Shown here piece after piece: positions 21,920-34,580 of a stretch of DNA of 64,000 nt (its first letter is position 1; the number at the start of each line of letters is the position of its first letter). Source of the DNA: an uncultured Methanosarcinaceae archaeon (GTDB lineage: Archaea > Halobacteriota > Methanosarcinia > Methanosarcinales > Methanosarcinaceae). Where the stretch lies: assembly GCA_963833425.1 (NCBI GenBank), contig CAWHXP010000012.1, positions 50,400-114,399 of the forward strand, written 5' to 3'. The notes beneath the pieces are model-generated. The model was given only the letters and a program-made list of their open reading frames with translations, ran no database searches and was not told the DNA's origin. A program made the translations under genes and the position numbers.

Positions 21920-23349
21920 GTCATTCCCTCAATACATTCCTCCTCGGTTACCTTACTGGTATATGTTGCTGGTTTTGCCTGTACAGGTGAGGTGAAAGTA
22001 TCAGTTGCTTCAAGGATGGCATTCGTGATCCTGTCCAACAGTTCCAGTGCTCCCCCGTATCCGACAGTAAGGATACGCTGTGCACCCACCCTATCGTGGA
22101 TTGGCAGGCCAACCCTTACAAGAGGAATATCTCGGGCTTTGGCAATGTATCTCCCATTTGAGTTTCCGATCAGGATATCCGGGCTGCAGTCGTTGACCGC
22201 GTCATTCAGACTATCAAAATCAATTCCATCAAGAACCACAGGTTCCAGTTCTGGCCTGATCTCTTTGAATATTTGCCTGATTCTCATTCCAAAGTCCCGG
22301 CTTTTGCTCCCGGTGGCTACTAGTACTGGATGCATCCCCATTTCCAGCATGAATGTCGTGAGGCTAAATACCATGTCAGGGTCCCCGTAAACTGCTGCTT
22401 TTACACCATAAAGATACTTGTGTACATCCACCATGGCATCTAGGAGCCTTCCTCTTTCTTTTTGGTACTTTTCAGGAATCGGGCAGTTGAGGATGCTAAC
22501 TAGTTCCGTAAAGAAATTATCCGTGTTTGAAAGCCCTATTGGTATTGGAACATTGTGTCCTGGCACACTATAGTATCCTTTCAGATATTCCAGTGCCAGG
22601 TTCTTGCTGACTATACCCAAGCCCAAGCTTGCCCGACTATTAGGCATATCCTCAATTTCGGAAAGTAGAGTGCCTCCGGGAGCAATTTTAGGGAAATCGT
22701 CTCTCAGAGGAGCGTCAAAGGTTTCTGAAATGTCAGGCAGGAAGATGTAATTATCTGCAGTAACCTCAAGGATCTCTTTGATCTCCCGTACATCTGCAGG
22801 AGAGAGACTCTCAACAGTGATTAGATTAATTTTTCCGTTCGGAATTTTTACGGCTCGTCCTTTTCCTTGATTTTCTGCAAATTTTCTGACAACTGCTTCT
22901 AAGGCTTTTATGTACCCACTTACGTGGCTCTCTCCATAGCTGGGAGTGGAAACTGGAATAATTATGATATCTTTTTCGAGATCATCTCCAATCTCCTCCT
23001 CTTCTTTGAATTCTCGGATTATCGCAGGTACGTCGTCCCCGATAGTTTCGGCAAGGCAGGTAGTAGCAACGCCAATTATCTTCGGTTTATACCTGTTGAT
23101 GACGTTTCTTAACCCTTTTTTCAGGTTTTCCCTGCCTCCATATACTGCTCCCTTTTCGCTGAGGGAACTCGATGCAATGTCCACAGGTTCTCTGAAATGG
23201 TGGGCAAGGTGCAGGCGCATGTAAGTGCTGCAGCCCTGGGAACCGTGATAGAGAACCATCGTGCTTTCAATTCCCTTGAAAGCAAGGGCACTTCCCATAG
23301 GCTGGCACATGATACAGGGGTTTACGGTTGTATAGCTCCTTTTCGTCAT
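21916..23349 (-). CDS. nifN: FeMo-cofactor scaffold subunit NifN
   Basis: VNPCIMCQPMG, HGSQGC, TTCLAETIGDD; last gene of the operon. Confidence 0.93.
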   Translation of the reverse strand: MTKRSYTTVNPCIMCQPMGSALAFKGIESTMVLYHGSQGCSTYMRLHLAHHFREPVDIASSSLSEKGAVYGGRENLKKGLRNVINRYKPKIIGVATTCLAETIGDDVPAIIREFKEEEEIGDDLEKDIIIIPVSTPSYGESHVSGYIKALEAVVRKFAENQGKGRAVKIPNGKINLITVESLSPADVREIKEILEVTADNYIFLPDISETFDAPLRDDFPKIAPGGTLLSEIEDMPNSRASLGLGIVSKNLALEYLKGYYSVPGHNVPIPIGLSNTDNFFTELVSILNCPIPEKYQKERGRLLDAMVDVHKYLYGVKAAVYGDPDMVFSLTTFMLEMGMHPVLVATGSKSRDFGMRIRQIFKEIRPELEPVVLDGIDFDSLNDAVNDCSPDILIGNSNGRYIAKARDIPLVRVGLPIHDRVGAQRILTVGYGGALELLDRITNAILEATDTFTSPVQAKPATYTSKVTEEECIEGMT

Positions 23350-23430
23350 CTTGATGCCTCTCCATATATTTGACTTTCAGCTGCTACATCTATGTTAGGG
23401 TGCAAAAATTCGGGTTCCACGGCCATGATT

Positions 23431-24912
23431 TTATACTCTTTTGCATTTGGTTCTCCAGAAATCTTTTCTTTTACTGCTTCTCTTTCCTGATCTCATTGCT
23501 TCGGGTTTCAGGATCCTCTGTCTGATAGATTTCCAGACAGGGCTGTTAATGGAGGCGTCTACTTCTCGCGCGAAATTTACAAAGCCATCAAAGCCTTCGA
23601 ACTTCACTACCCTATCGTGGTTAAAGTCGCAGAAAGCAATACCTAGCTTGTATGCTATAAACCTCTCCTTTACGCCCGCAACCATCAGGTCAGCTTTTTG
23701 TTTCACGAGCAATTCGGCAAGTTCCAAGGGGTTTGCATCGTCCACAATAACCGTCCCATTCCTGACCGAATAGCTGATCTGCTCATAGTCTTCCTTTTGC
23801 CCAGTCTGGGTCCCGATGATGACCACATCCATGCCAAGTTCGGAAAAGCCTTTGATAAGCGTTAGAGCTTTAGCAGGCCCTCCCATGTAAATGGCAGCCT
23901 TTTTCCCTTTGACCCTCTCTCGAACTCGGGAAATTTCAGGCATTATACGGTTTGTTTCGGTTTTCAGAATTTCTTCTGCTTTCTCTTTGATATCTTCTGA
24001 GCCAAAGTATTCTGCAGTCTTTCGCAGGGCTATTGAGATATCTTCAATTCCAAAGAAGCTTACAGTAAGATATGGAATTCCATACTCTTTCTGCATCCAT
24101 TTTGCAAGATAAGTCATGGACCCGCTGCACTGCACGAGATTAAGGTCGGCTTCAGCTGCTCGTGATATAGATTTGACAGTTGAATCCCCTGTTACGGAGA
24201 CTATGACTTCAATTCCCATTTGCTCAAACAGGGGTTTTATTAGCCAGACGTCCCCAGCCACATTGAAGTCTCCGAGGATATTGATCCTTGGTTTCATGAT
24301 TTCATGGCTTATTTCGGGTTTATTTTCTGCAGCTTTCTCTTCCTGAGGTCTTTTGATTAACTGCTTCAAAGCATCACAGGCAGCCTTGTACCCATCGGAT
24401 TTATTGCCTTTGAACCCTTCTGACTTTACAGGGATTACCGGAATATTATGCTTCATGCTTGCTATTTTGCATACGGCTTCAATGTCATCCCCTATAATTC
24501 CCACAATGCATGTTGAATAAACTAAAATAATCGGGGGATGGTAGAGCCCCACAAGTTCATCAATGGCATTTGATAGTTTTTTCTCTCCTCCGAATATAAC
24601 ATCGAGCTCTTTCATATCTGTGCTGAAACTGCTGCGGTTTGTCTCTACCCCACTGGACTTTGCGCCCCTTATATCCCAGGTATAACCTGCACAACCAATT
24701 GGGCCGTGGACAAGATGTATGGCATCAGTTATTGGATTTAAGACAACCCTGGCTCCCGAATAGACACATGCCCTCTGGCTAATAGCCCCTGCCAGGGAAT
24801 TATTGTCGCAGGCAAGGGGGATTATCTGTCCTTTTTCCTGCTTTCTGGCAATGTATGGTTGCCTTTCCTCTAGAGTATCCACTATTCCGGTTTTCTCTTT
24901 CATATCTTTCAC
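23431..24912 (-). CDS. nifE: FeMo-cofactor scaffold subunit NifE
   Basis: SQRACVYSGA, HGPIGC, STCIVGIIGDD, VQCSGS. Confidence 0.94.
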   Translation of the reverse strand: MKDMKEKTGIVDTLEERQPYIARKQEKGQIIPLACDNNSLAGAISQRACVYSGARVVLNPITDAIHLVHGPIGCAGYTWDIRGAKSSGVETNRSSFSTDMKELDVIFGGEKKLSNAIDELVGLYHPPIILVYSTCIVGIIGDDIEAVCKIASMKHNIPVIPVKSEGFKGNKSDGYKAACDALKQLIKRPQEEKAAENKPEISHEIMKPRINILGDFNVAGDVWLIKPLFEQMGIEVIVSVTGDSTVKSISRAAEADLNLVQCSGSMTYLAKWMQKEYGIPYLTVSFFGIEDISIALRKTAEYFGSEDIKEKAEEILKTETNRIMPEISRVRERVKGKKAAIYMGGPAKALTLIKGFSELGMDVVIIGTQTGQKEDYEQISYSVRNGTVIVDDANPLELAELLVKQKADLMVAGVKERFIAYKLGIAFCDFNHDRVVKFEGFDGFVNFAREVDASINSPVWKSIRQRILKPEAMRSGKRSSKRKDFWRTKCKRV

Positions 24913-25065
24913 TACCCTCTGCTTCTGTTTTCAGATTTGCAGCGACAATTATTTGGTTTTTCAGTTTTTTGCTTCTCAGTTTATTCTCGGTTTTAATTTC
25001 GCGACTTTAGATTCTTAATTATCTTATGGAACTGTATCATGAATTATTATTTTGAATCAGGTTCT

Positions 25066-26436
25066 TTACTGAATAGTTTCGAGCAGCCAGTCAGGTGCAT
25101 CCCTGTCTTTTCTATCAAGTAGGATGTTTCCTATGCGTTCTACTAGTCTTGCAGCGCCTGCATATCCCATGATCGGGAAGTAGTGAAGATTTGCCCTATC
25201 CATGATTGGGAAGCCTACCCTTATCAGGGGTATATCCTCTGCCCTTGCTATGAATTTTCCGTATGTATTGCCGATAAGGAGATCCACAGGGTTTCTCTTA
25301 ATAATCTGGTGAAGCATGAAGAGGTCCCCTCCCGAAATAACATCTGCTTCCGGGTATTCAGAGCCAATAAGATCTTCCATTTCTTTTTCAAACTCCGAGC
25401 TCTGAGTACCAGTGAGCATTACACTGGGTTCCATACCCATTTCCAGTATAAGGCTCGTGAGACCCGCAATGATGTCCGGATCTCCGTAAATGGCAACCTT
25501 TTTTGCGTGGTAATGTGGATGGGCATCAGTCATCATGTCTACCAGCCTACCGCGCTCATCCTCAAGTCTAGGAGGAATCGCCACATTGGCAAGCTTTGCT
25601 GCGTTCATGATGAAACGATCAGTATTTCTGATTCCTATGGGAATAGGCCCTATTTTTGCAGGGACTTTATAGCGACTTTCAAGGATCTTTGCTGCAGCGC
25701 CTCCTGCCATCCTACAGAGGGCAATCGTCCCGAAGGAATTTGCGGAATCTTCGATATCCCCGATCGGAGTCCCGCCTTTCGGATACATTGAAGATTCTCC
25801 GGTGAGTGGGGCATCAAAGACGTCGGTAGTATCTGGGAAGACGATGTTGGAGATTTTCATTATTGAAAGTATGCGTTTTATTTCCCTAATGTCGCCAGGT
25901 TCCACAAAGCCAGGAATAATATTGAGTTTTCCATTTGGTTTGCTTTTTTTGGCAAAGGTTGTCACGAAAGACTTTACCATATTATCATAACCAGTAACAT
26001 GAGTTCCCACGTAACTGGGAGTAGAAGCTGCACAGATTTTGATAGAAGGATCTACGAGTTCTTCCATTCGGACATCTTCTACGATAGTATTCACATCGTC
26101 TCCTATGGTTTCTGCCACACAGGTGGTGTGAATCGCGATCACTTCGGGCTTGTAGATTGTAGTTAGGTTTTCAAGAGCTTCCTTGAGATTTGCTGCGCCT
26201 CCGAAAACAGCGGTCCCTTCTGAAAAGCTGCTAGTAGTGCCCATTGCATTTTCACGGTAATGCCTACTCAGACACATGCGCAGATAAGAAAGGCAACCTT
26301 GGGACCCATGGCTGTGTGGCATACAGTTGTGAACTCCAAGGGCAGCATAGACTGCGCCGATTGGCTGGCAGATCTTTGCAGGGTTAATGGTTACCGCTTC
26401 TCTGGTTACTTCTTCACATGAGGTGTAGTCTAACAT
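25066..26436 (-). CDS. nifK: Nitrogenase MoFe protein beta chain
   Basis: INPAKICQPIG, HGSQGC, TTCVAETIGDD; start MLDY behind GGAGG. Confidence 0.95.
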   Translation of the reverse strand: MLDYTSCEEVTREAVTINPAKICQPIGAVYAALGVHNCMPHSHGSQGCLSYLRMCLSRHYRENAMGTTSSFSEGTAVFGGAANLKEALENLTTIYKPEVIAIHTTCVAETIGDDVNTIVEDVRMEELVDPSIKICAASTPSYVGTHVTGYDNMVKSFVTTFAKKSKPNGKLNIIPGFVEPGDIREIKRILSIMKISNIVFPDTTDVFDAPLTGESSMYPKGGTPIGDIEDSANSFGTIALCRMAGGAAAKILESRYKVPAKIGPIPIGIRNTDRFIMNAAKLANVAIPPRLEDERGRLVDMMTDAHPHYHAKKVAIYGDPDIIAGLTSLILEMGMEPSVMLTGTQSSEFEKEMEDLIGSEYPEADVISGGDLFMLHQIIKRNPVDLLIGNTYGKFIARAEDIPLIRVGFPIMDRANLHYFPIMGYAGAARLVERIGNILLDRKDRDAPDWLLETIQ

Positions 26437-26447
26437 TTTTTCCCTCC

Positions 26448-28046
26448 TTAATCTACTACTCCAGCTTTCCAAGGCGGGCGTATAAACCTCCAGGTCGGGC
26501 TGTGCAGGGCCATGTCAATATCTCTTGCGAAATTTAAAACCCCGGAAAAGCCTGTATATCTTCCGCTGTAATCATAGGAATGAATCTGTCGTGATGGGAT
26601 TCCGAGCTTTTGGGCCCAATACTTGTCCTTGATCCCTGAACAGAAGAGGGCAGGTTTAAGGGCCTTTACAAGAGCTTCGGTCTCATGATGATTGAGATCG
26701 TCAACTACGATTGTTCCATCCTTTATTTCAGGGAAAAGACCTTCATAGTCCATGAGCCCAATTTTCTTTTTCAGCTCTTCAATCCTCTCCTTACTGACCG
26801 CAGGTTCAATATTTTCATCCCTCTCGTAATGTATGTCCTCAAGGATGGAACCCAAAGCTCCTTGCTTTATCTCTGGAATGATCTGTCGACCTTCGTAGTC
26901 GTCCCTGTGGGCAAACTGGTATCCTGCAACAACTATTTTCATGCCGAGTTCTTCGAAGAGGTTCACGTAGTGATGGCTCCTTGAACCTCCTGCATAGATA
27001 AAGACAGATTTGCCCTGAAGTTTTTTCCTGTATTTTTCAATATCAGCCTGGTATTTTGCTTTTTCTTCAGCAATGATTTCTTCAGTTTTCCTAGTGAGTC
27101 CCGGGTCATCAAAGAACTCTGCCATTTTCCGAAGAGATTTAGCTGTACCTTTGGTACCCACGTAGTTTACCTTCAGCCAGGGGACCCCGTATTTTTCTTC
27201 CATCATCCGATTCGTGTAGTTGATGGAACGGTGGCAGAGCAGGATGCTGAGCTTTGCTTTATGGGCTTTTGCAAGTTTATGGAATGACCCATCTCCTGTG
27301 AAAGTCGAGACTATCTTGTAACCTATTTTTTCAAGAATTGGCTTGATTTCCCATAAGTCTCCTCCGATATTGTATTCTCCGAATATATTGATGTCAAAGG
27401 GAGTAGGATTTTCAAGTTCCTCGGTTCCGATCAGATGTTCCATCAGGGAATTGCTTGCAATGTGGTGCCCTGCCGACTGGCTTACCCCCCTGTATCCTTC
27501 ACAGCGAGAAGGAATTACCTTGATCCCATGCTGTTTTTCAGCTTCCCTAGCAACAGATTCGATATCATCTCCTATTAGCCCTACAGGACAGGTTGCAGAG
27601 ATACTTATGGCTCCGGGCTTGAATATCTTCACAACCTCATCAATGGCTTTCTTAAGTTTTTTCTCACCGCCGAAAACGATATCAGTTTCTTTCATATCTG
27701 TGCATACGCAATAGTTGAGGAAATTGTCTTCACCTTCTTCTGCCTTTGCAAAGTTTCGCCTGGTTCCCCAAGTGAAGTATGCGCAGCCAATAGGGCCATG
27801 AACCAGGTGAACCATATCTTTTATTGGCCCGAAGACTACTCCCTTGGAACCAGCAAAGGCACAGCCACGGTTTGTGAGGATTCCTGGAATTACCTTCTCA
27901 TCAGCTTCAATATGCTGTTCAGTCGAGCAGTCCCTGACAACTATATGCTTTCTCCGGTTCTTTGCAGCTTTTTCCGGGAGCACTTTCAGCATGTTATCTA
28001 CAAGCTGCTGTTTATCTTCAATTCTCTGATCTATTTCAGCTCCCAT
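26448..28046 (-). CDS. nifD: Nitrogenase MoFe protein alpha chain
   Basis: RGCAFAG, HGPIGC, ATCPVGLIGDD, FeMoco ligands CHRS and IHSYDY; clostridial-type internal insertion. Confidence 0.97.
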   Translation of the reverse strand: MGAEIDQRIEDKQQLVDNMLKVLPEKAAKNRRKHIVVRDCSTEQHIEADEKVIPGILTNRGCAFAGSKGVVFGPIKDMVHLVHGPIGCAYFTWGTRRNFAKAEEGEDNFLNYCVCTDMKETDIVFGGEKKLKKAIDEVVKIFKPGAISISATCPVGLIGDDIESVAREAEKQHGIKVIPSRCEGYRGVSQSAGHHIASNSLMEHLIGTEELENPTPFDINIFGEYNIGGDLWEIKPILEKIGYKIVSTFTGDGSFHKLAKAHKAKLSILLCHRSINYTNRMMEEKYGVPWLKVNYVGTKGTAKSLRKMAEFFDDPGLTRKTEEIIAEEKAKYQADIEKYRKKLQGKSVFIYAGGSRSHHYVNLFEELGMKIVVAGYQFAHRDDYEGRQIIPEIKQGALGSILEDIHYERDENIEPAVSKERIEELKKKIGLMDYEGLFPEIKDGTIVVDDLNHHETEALVKALKPALFCSGIKDKYWAQKLGIPSRQIHSYDYSGRYTGFSGVLNFARDIDMALHSPTWRFIRPPWKAGVVD

Positions 28047-28427
28047 TTACATCAACTCCTTAGTAACGGTCATTTCTCCGCTTTCCCCAGTCCGGATGCG
28101 GAGCGCTTCACTAATATTTGACACGAAAATCTTTCCGTCTCCTACATGCCCGGTCTGGTTTACTTCAATTATTTTTTGAACCACTTCTTTTACGCTTGCA
28201 TCGTCCACTACGATGGTAAACATCCTTTTTGGAATGAAACGGATACAGTTCTCAGCTTCTTCTTTCTTAGGATCTGGCAGGGGTGGATCAAACTCAAAGC
28301 ATAGCCCTTTTTGCTTCCCGCGGCCCATTACCCTATTTACGGTAAACGAGGGAAAGCCACATTCAAGGAGAGCATCTTTAGTTTTCTGGACTTTGTTCAT
28401 TCTGATTATTGCTGTAATCTCTTTCAT
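28047..28427 (-). CDS. nifI2: PII-family nitrogenase regulator NifI2
   Basis: MKEITAIIR start behind GGAGGA; GRGKQKG, GDGKIFV; between nifI1 and nifD. Confidence 0.92.
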   Translation of the reverse strand: MKEITAIIRMNKVQKTKDALLECGFPSFTVNRVMGRGKQKGLCFEFDPPLPDPKKEEAENCIRFIPKRMFTIVVDDASVKEVVQKIIEVNQTGHVGDGKIFVSNISEALRIRTGESGEMTVTKELM

Positions 28428-28452
28428 GGGATTATCCTCCGAAAATCTGGCT

Positions 28453-28770
28453 TTAAAGTCCGGGTTTTCCACTCCTTATGGTATAGGCTTCTTCAACTGG
28501 ATTTACGAAAATTCTTCCGTCTCCATATTTTCCAGTCCTTGCTGATTCCATTATGGCCTGTACAACTTTGTCCTTGTATTCGTCCTCGACTACCATCATG
28601 AGCATAATCTTCTGCAATTCATCGTAGTGGATGTCTGCAATATGAATCCCCTTTTGCTTCCCTCTTCCAAAGACTTCCATCTTGGTCAGAGAAATGCAGC
28701 CTTTTTTTTCAAGATTTTCGATAACTTTAGATTCCATGCCTGGCCTGATTATTGCGCGTATCATTTGCAT
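28453..28770 (-). CDS. nifI1: PII-family nitrogenase regulator NifI1
   Basis: 105 aa, GRGKQKG, GDGRIFV; directly after nifH. Confidence 0.93.
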   Translation of the reverse strand: MQMIRAIIRPGMESKVIENLEKKGCISLTKMEVFGRGKQKGIHIADIHYDELQKIMLMMVVEDEYKDKVVQAIMESARTGKYGDGRIFVNPVEEAYTIRSGKPGL

Positions 28771-28793
28771 TTTTATCTCCTCTGCATCTCAAA

Positions 28794-29700
<907 letters not shown>

Positions 29701-30335
29701 CTCATATGAACCGATTCAACATTTCAAGAGTTTTGTATCCAAATTCCCAACAATGCTTTAAAAAAGAAATGCTTTCTTGTTTCTTATTTTTGAAAATTAT
29801 TCAAACATTGTAACTATTCTCCCTGGGGGAAAAAATATTTATAAACATCTTCACCAAGATTCACTTAACAATTTCGGTGAACTTATTTAATTTAACCATA
29901 GGCTATTGATCAGGTTTTTTATTTTACCATCAGTTAGTAATCAAAGGATATCTATTGAATTAAGATGATACCAATCAACTATTTAGGTAGGCTGAATAGT
30001 TACTATATTTTTACTATATAAAACTTGAAAATTGATATTACTTATCCGATTTTCATCAAAAATAGTTTCTACGAAATGTTAGTTCCTTATTGATATTTCA
30101 TTATACTTTATAAAATATGACTAAGAATAATCATATAATTCAATTTAAATTCATAAAAGTCGGCAAATAAATAATTATTGGTAAATATATAAAAGATTTT
30201 TTTCTAATATACAAACTGGGGCATCAAGGTGTATATGGGTATTTATCAATGCACTTGCCGATTGGAAGTAAATTGAAAAGCCAATAACCTTCAAAAGTTG
30301 TATAAATTGGAAACAAGTTCGGAGTGTATACAAAT

Positions 30336-30671
30336 ATGGAGAAACAAAAATATGACAGAATAAAAATACTTGGCATTCTTATATTAGTCTTTTTAGTAGT
30401 GCCATTGACAGCTGTGGCAGCGAGCGCAGCTTCTGGTCCTGATGATCATGGTCACGGTGGTCATGGTCGCGGTGGTCATGGTAATGGTGGTTATGGTCCA
30501 GGCAACTTTGGCGGACCTGGTTTTGGATGGGGAGGTCCATTCGGATCTTACCCTCCTGCTCCCTATGGCATGAGCGGTGACAACGATGTCGTATGTGGAC
30601 CTTATGGATGCATGTGGAACCAAGATAACCACTATATTGTGAAAAATACTATAGCTGAAAATGGTTGGTAA
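30336..30671 (+). CDS. Small secreted Gly/His/Pro-rich protein
   Basis: Signal peptide ending AASA; HGHGGHGRGGHG tract; CGPYGC. Confidence 0.7.
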   Translation: MEKQKYDRIKILGILILVFLVVPLTAVAASAASGPDDHGHGGHGRGGHGNGGYGPGNFGGPGFGWGGPFGSYPPAPYGMSGDNDVVCGPYGCMWNQDNHYIVKNTIAENGW

Positions 30672-30686
30672 AAATAAATGGTTATT

Positions 30687-30712
30687 TTGTCAACGATCGA
30701 GATCGTTGACAA
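30687..30712. other. Perfect 12-bp inverted repeat
   Basis: TTGTCAACGATC-GA-GATCGTTGACAA, 15 nt after the stop codon. Confidence 0.8.
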
Positions 30713-30933
30713 TTCAAACCATGGCTTTCGAATGAACATTTTGGGGCATTTTATTGTATATAAATCTGTATTAAGGCGTAGTTTATCGAGAAATGACTAT
30801 TAGTAAATAAAATTGCAAATAAAATACCTCCTGTATTTTTAATTTTTTTAGCATATAATAAGTTCCAAAAATGTATTCCCTATATTGAATACGTCTAGTG
30901 AATACCAACAAATCAATAACATAAATCAGTTAT

Positions 30934-32204
30934 GTAGGCCAAAGCATAAAACCACTGGGCTAAAGACCCAGTGGATATAATCGTCAAGTTTAGCCCTAGT
31001 TTCACAGGTAATTTTAAGCTGGTTCTTTGCTGACATTGTGGGCAGAAGATACGAAATATCCATCAATCAATGTGTATGTTCTTTCCAATGTTGTTTTTTT
31101 TCAAATATTATTTTTGAGTTTCCCATTAGCCTAATTGTTGTCTCTTATTTCAGTTTTCGAATGATTGCAAGAGTACTGACTTTTGGCTCATTCTTAAAGA
31201 GTAGGTGGATGTAGTCTTTGTACGTCTTCATTTATAGTATTTCGAAATCAGTTCCTTTTCAATGTCGTGAATTATCTTTTTGAGTTCTTCATCAATTTGT
31301 TCTGATTATCTTTTTTCGATACTTATGCAAAAGATACTGAAATATTCTAATAAAAAATTACTATAGTTCCCATATACGCTTCTAAATTTAACAAAAAATA
31401 TAATAGTTGTTAAAATATATTAGGTCTTTCATTATTAAAGAATTCAAATTTAGGTTGTATCCAACAATTGGCAATCTATCCAACTTAATCAACATATTGA
31501 TAGTTGTAGATTTGTCTATAATTGAGCTCTCGATCAGAAAATAAAAACATCTGAACTAATCTGGAAATCAATTTTTAGGTTTGGCTTAAAAAACTAATAC
31601 AGAATTCACAAAAGCAAATATGTGGTTAGATGAAGTCAATTCCCAATCACTTCAGGGTATAACTAATTGGGTCGAATCTTAATTCACAAGAGTTTTTAGA
31701 GAAAGGAATGGTTTTCCTAAATGCAAATCAAAGAAGAATCTAATTTAGTCATTCCATATACCACAATACTACAATATGGATTCTGAAAATAATATTATTA
31801 AGCTTCCTAAAATTGGAAAAATCAAAGCAGTTCTTCATAAAATATTTGAAGAAAAATTAAAAATCGCTATGATTTTAATGTCTCGTACAGGGAAGTACTA
31901 TATCAACATTTTTGTGGAAGATTATGATAAGTAAATTTGAACCATCATCTACTATATGAGCGTTTGTGGACATCATGATCAGAGCTAACACTACGGAATA
32001 GAGGATTTAAATGTCCTGATTGTAAGACAAAATATGATAGAGACATTAAATGCTGAATTAGCATCAAAAAATTCGTTCTCATTGATCAAAATCTAATTGG
32101 AATCTGATACCCATGGAATGTGTGGAGCAGTTTCGGGGACTTGTTCTCAAAAGAGAAAGGAATGAATCCAGAAATCATTTTGTTTTCACCGAGTGGTACT
32201 TCAC
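30934..32204. mobile_element. IS200/IS605-family remnant (divergent tnpA and tnpB)
   Basis: Left hairpin CCACTGGG-N7-CCCAGTGG; minus-strand KDYIHLLF (HUH-like); plus-strand WLDEVNSQSLQ, GFPK, FEPSS, CPDCKTKYDRDI; right end CCGAGTGGTACTTCAC. Confidence 0.8.
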
Positions 32205-32603
32205 TCCGATTCACACTTATGACAAAATTGAATCAAGAAAATATGTCATAAATGTCACAATTTAGACATATTTGGTTGGCTTTTGTACGCCTGGCTTTAA
32301 ATCTACAATAGGGTTGATTGATGCTGATTGCACGATTATTTAAAACATCATCAACGGAATTATTTGATTATCTATTTTGGGAGAATGCCTCATTAAATAA
32401 GGTTTCTTTTGTTAGCTATATTTTGTGATGGATTCAATCATGTTCCGATTTTTTTAATAATACAATTGATAAAATCTTTGGTTATGGTATTCTGTTTGGA
32501 AATTACCGAGGTCCTCTTCTTTAAAATGATTAGTGGCATCAAATTAAAATGCAATTGAGGATACTTTGTCAATATAAATACCATTATTTCAATAGTAAAC
32601 ACT

Positions 32604-34580
32604 CTACACTTTGATTGGTAAAAGTACAAATGGAATACCATCCGCATATAGTTTCCTCTGTGATGATAAGACAGTATAATTATGGAGCCATCTTGTAAGC
32701 ATCGAATCGTTCGGAAAGACAATCTGTCCACCAAAGAATACCGCATTAGGAAACTTTGTTAAGAGATCTGGTGCCAGCGTTATAATTTCATGAACAACAT
32801 CAGTACCTATTGAGGTAAAACTTTCTGCATAATAACCATATGATGAAATTAAATCTACGTATTTATCGATATCCTTATTCACCTCTGTTTGGAGTCCTTT
32901 AATTTCTTCTACTCCTTTAAACACTCCAGCATCAATTACACCAATTTGTACAAATACAAAATTTTTGTATATTCCACCAAATAATTTGAATATATTGGAC
33001 AATGTATGGATTCCCAAACCATTAAAACCGTTTACAAGCAGTATGGCAGTCTTATTTTGCATATTATCTTCATTAGGCGTATTATTTTGAATTATATCCG
33101 CACATTCTGGATAATTAATAATTTTGGTATTAACCTCTTTAATAAGTTCGGCGGCATAGTCATAATGGTGTTTTATAACAAGAACAATTCCAACAAAAAC
33201 TGCGATGATGAATAATGTCACCCATCCACCTTCATTGAACTTAACCATTATCACTGATATTAATATCAAAGCTGTCAGAAATAGTCCCACACCATTGATA
33301 ATTAATTTTTTCTTCCAATCCTTGATTTTTGTTTTGAATTTCCACCAATGGCGGACCATACCTGCTTGGGATAGAATAAATGTTATGAAAACTGCTATGC
33401 TATAAAGTATTACCAAAAGTTCGACCGATCCATGAGTTAGGAAAACCATAATTAACGCTGAAATGCCCATCATTAATATACCATTTTGTGTCACAAATCT
33501 ATCACTCAGCGTTGCGAACTTAGTCGGAACCCATCTATCTAGTGCCATATTTGCCAAGACTCGTGGGCCATCTAAAAATCCGGTTTGTGCCGCTACAAAT
33601 AATAGCCCTGCTTCTGATATGAGAGTTGCTATTACAAAATAATCACCTAAAGTTCTCCAAGACTTTGCAACATTCTTAAATAGTACGGCATTCAGAGTTT
33701 TTCCCGGTTCATAGGTAACATTGTAAAAGATGTACGCAAACAACAGTCCTGCTGCTATGAATGCTAGCGAAATTGCCATGTGATGCATGGTCCTCTTAGC
33801 GGTGTGCACTTTTGGTTCTCTCAATACTGGCACTGCATTACTTACAGCCTCAATTCCTGTATATGTTCCTGCACCCATACTATATGAATGGAGGTTAATA
33901 AAAAGCAATCCTGTATATCCCAATCCAGATGTGATACTATGGACATCTGTAACAGTACTATTCACCACCGTTGGCATACTTGTTAGGTGGACAAAAAAAG
34001 CATATATTATTACTATAGCGTGGGTAATTACAAACAATGCGAATATAGGTACTAAGGATAACACTGATTCTTTTATCCCTCTCAAATTCAATAGGATAAT
34101 TACCATAATCACAAAAAAATGCAAATTCTAATTTGAATATTTGCCAACTTATTGGTAGAAAACTTAATATGGCATCTACACCACTTGCAATTGAAATGGC
34201 AATTGTGAGTACATAATCTATCAGGAGTGCACAACCAGAAAGCATCCCAAGATATGGAGATAATAATTTGCTTGCAACTAAATATCCGCCTCCCCCTGTA
34301 GGAAATAATTCAACTATTTGAGAATAGCTTGTGCTAATTACAAAGATCGTTAATATAATTCCCATTGCTACAAATATAGCAAGATAAATATGTCCTTCTA
34401 ATGCCAAATATGCTTCTTCAGGACCATATGACGCTGAAGACATTGCATCGATCCTAGACCAACCCATGCAAAAAGTGCTATAAGTGAAAGTTTATGGAAA
34501 ATATTCGAATCAAATGGATCATGGGGTTTTCCTATGATTAAAGTCTTCAACTTATGAATATACATTTTAATATGTTGCAT
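32604..34580 (-). pseudogene. APC-superfamily KimA/YdaO-like (K+) transporter, two frameshifts
   Basis: FAWVGL / DAMSSASYGPEEAY, GGGGYLVAS, ALLIDYVLT, TGIEAVSN; breaks near 34455 and 34120. Confidence 0.75.

Noticed and set aside
25066..28046. Alternative (V/Fe) nitrogenase given the loss of Mo genes
   Set aside because: No G subunit between D and K, and the HSYDY/CHRS ligand context is Mo-type.
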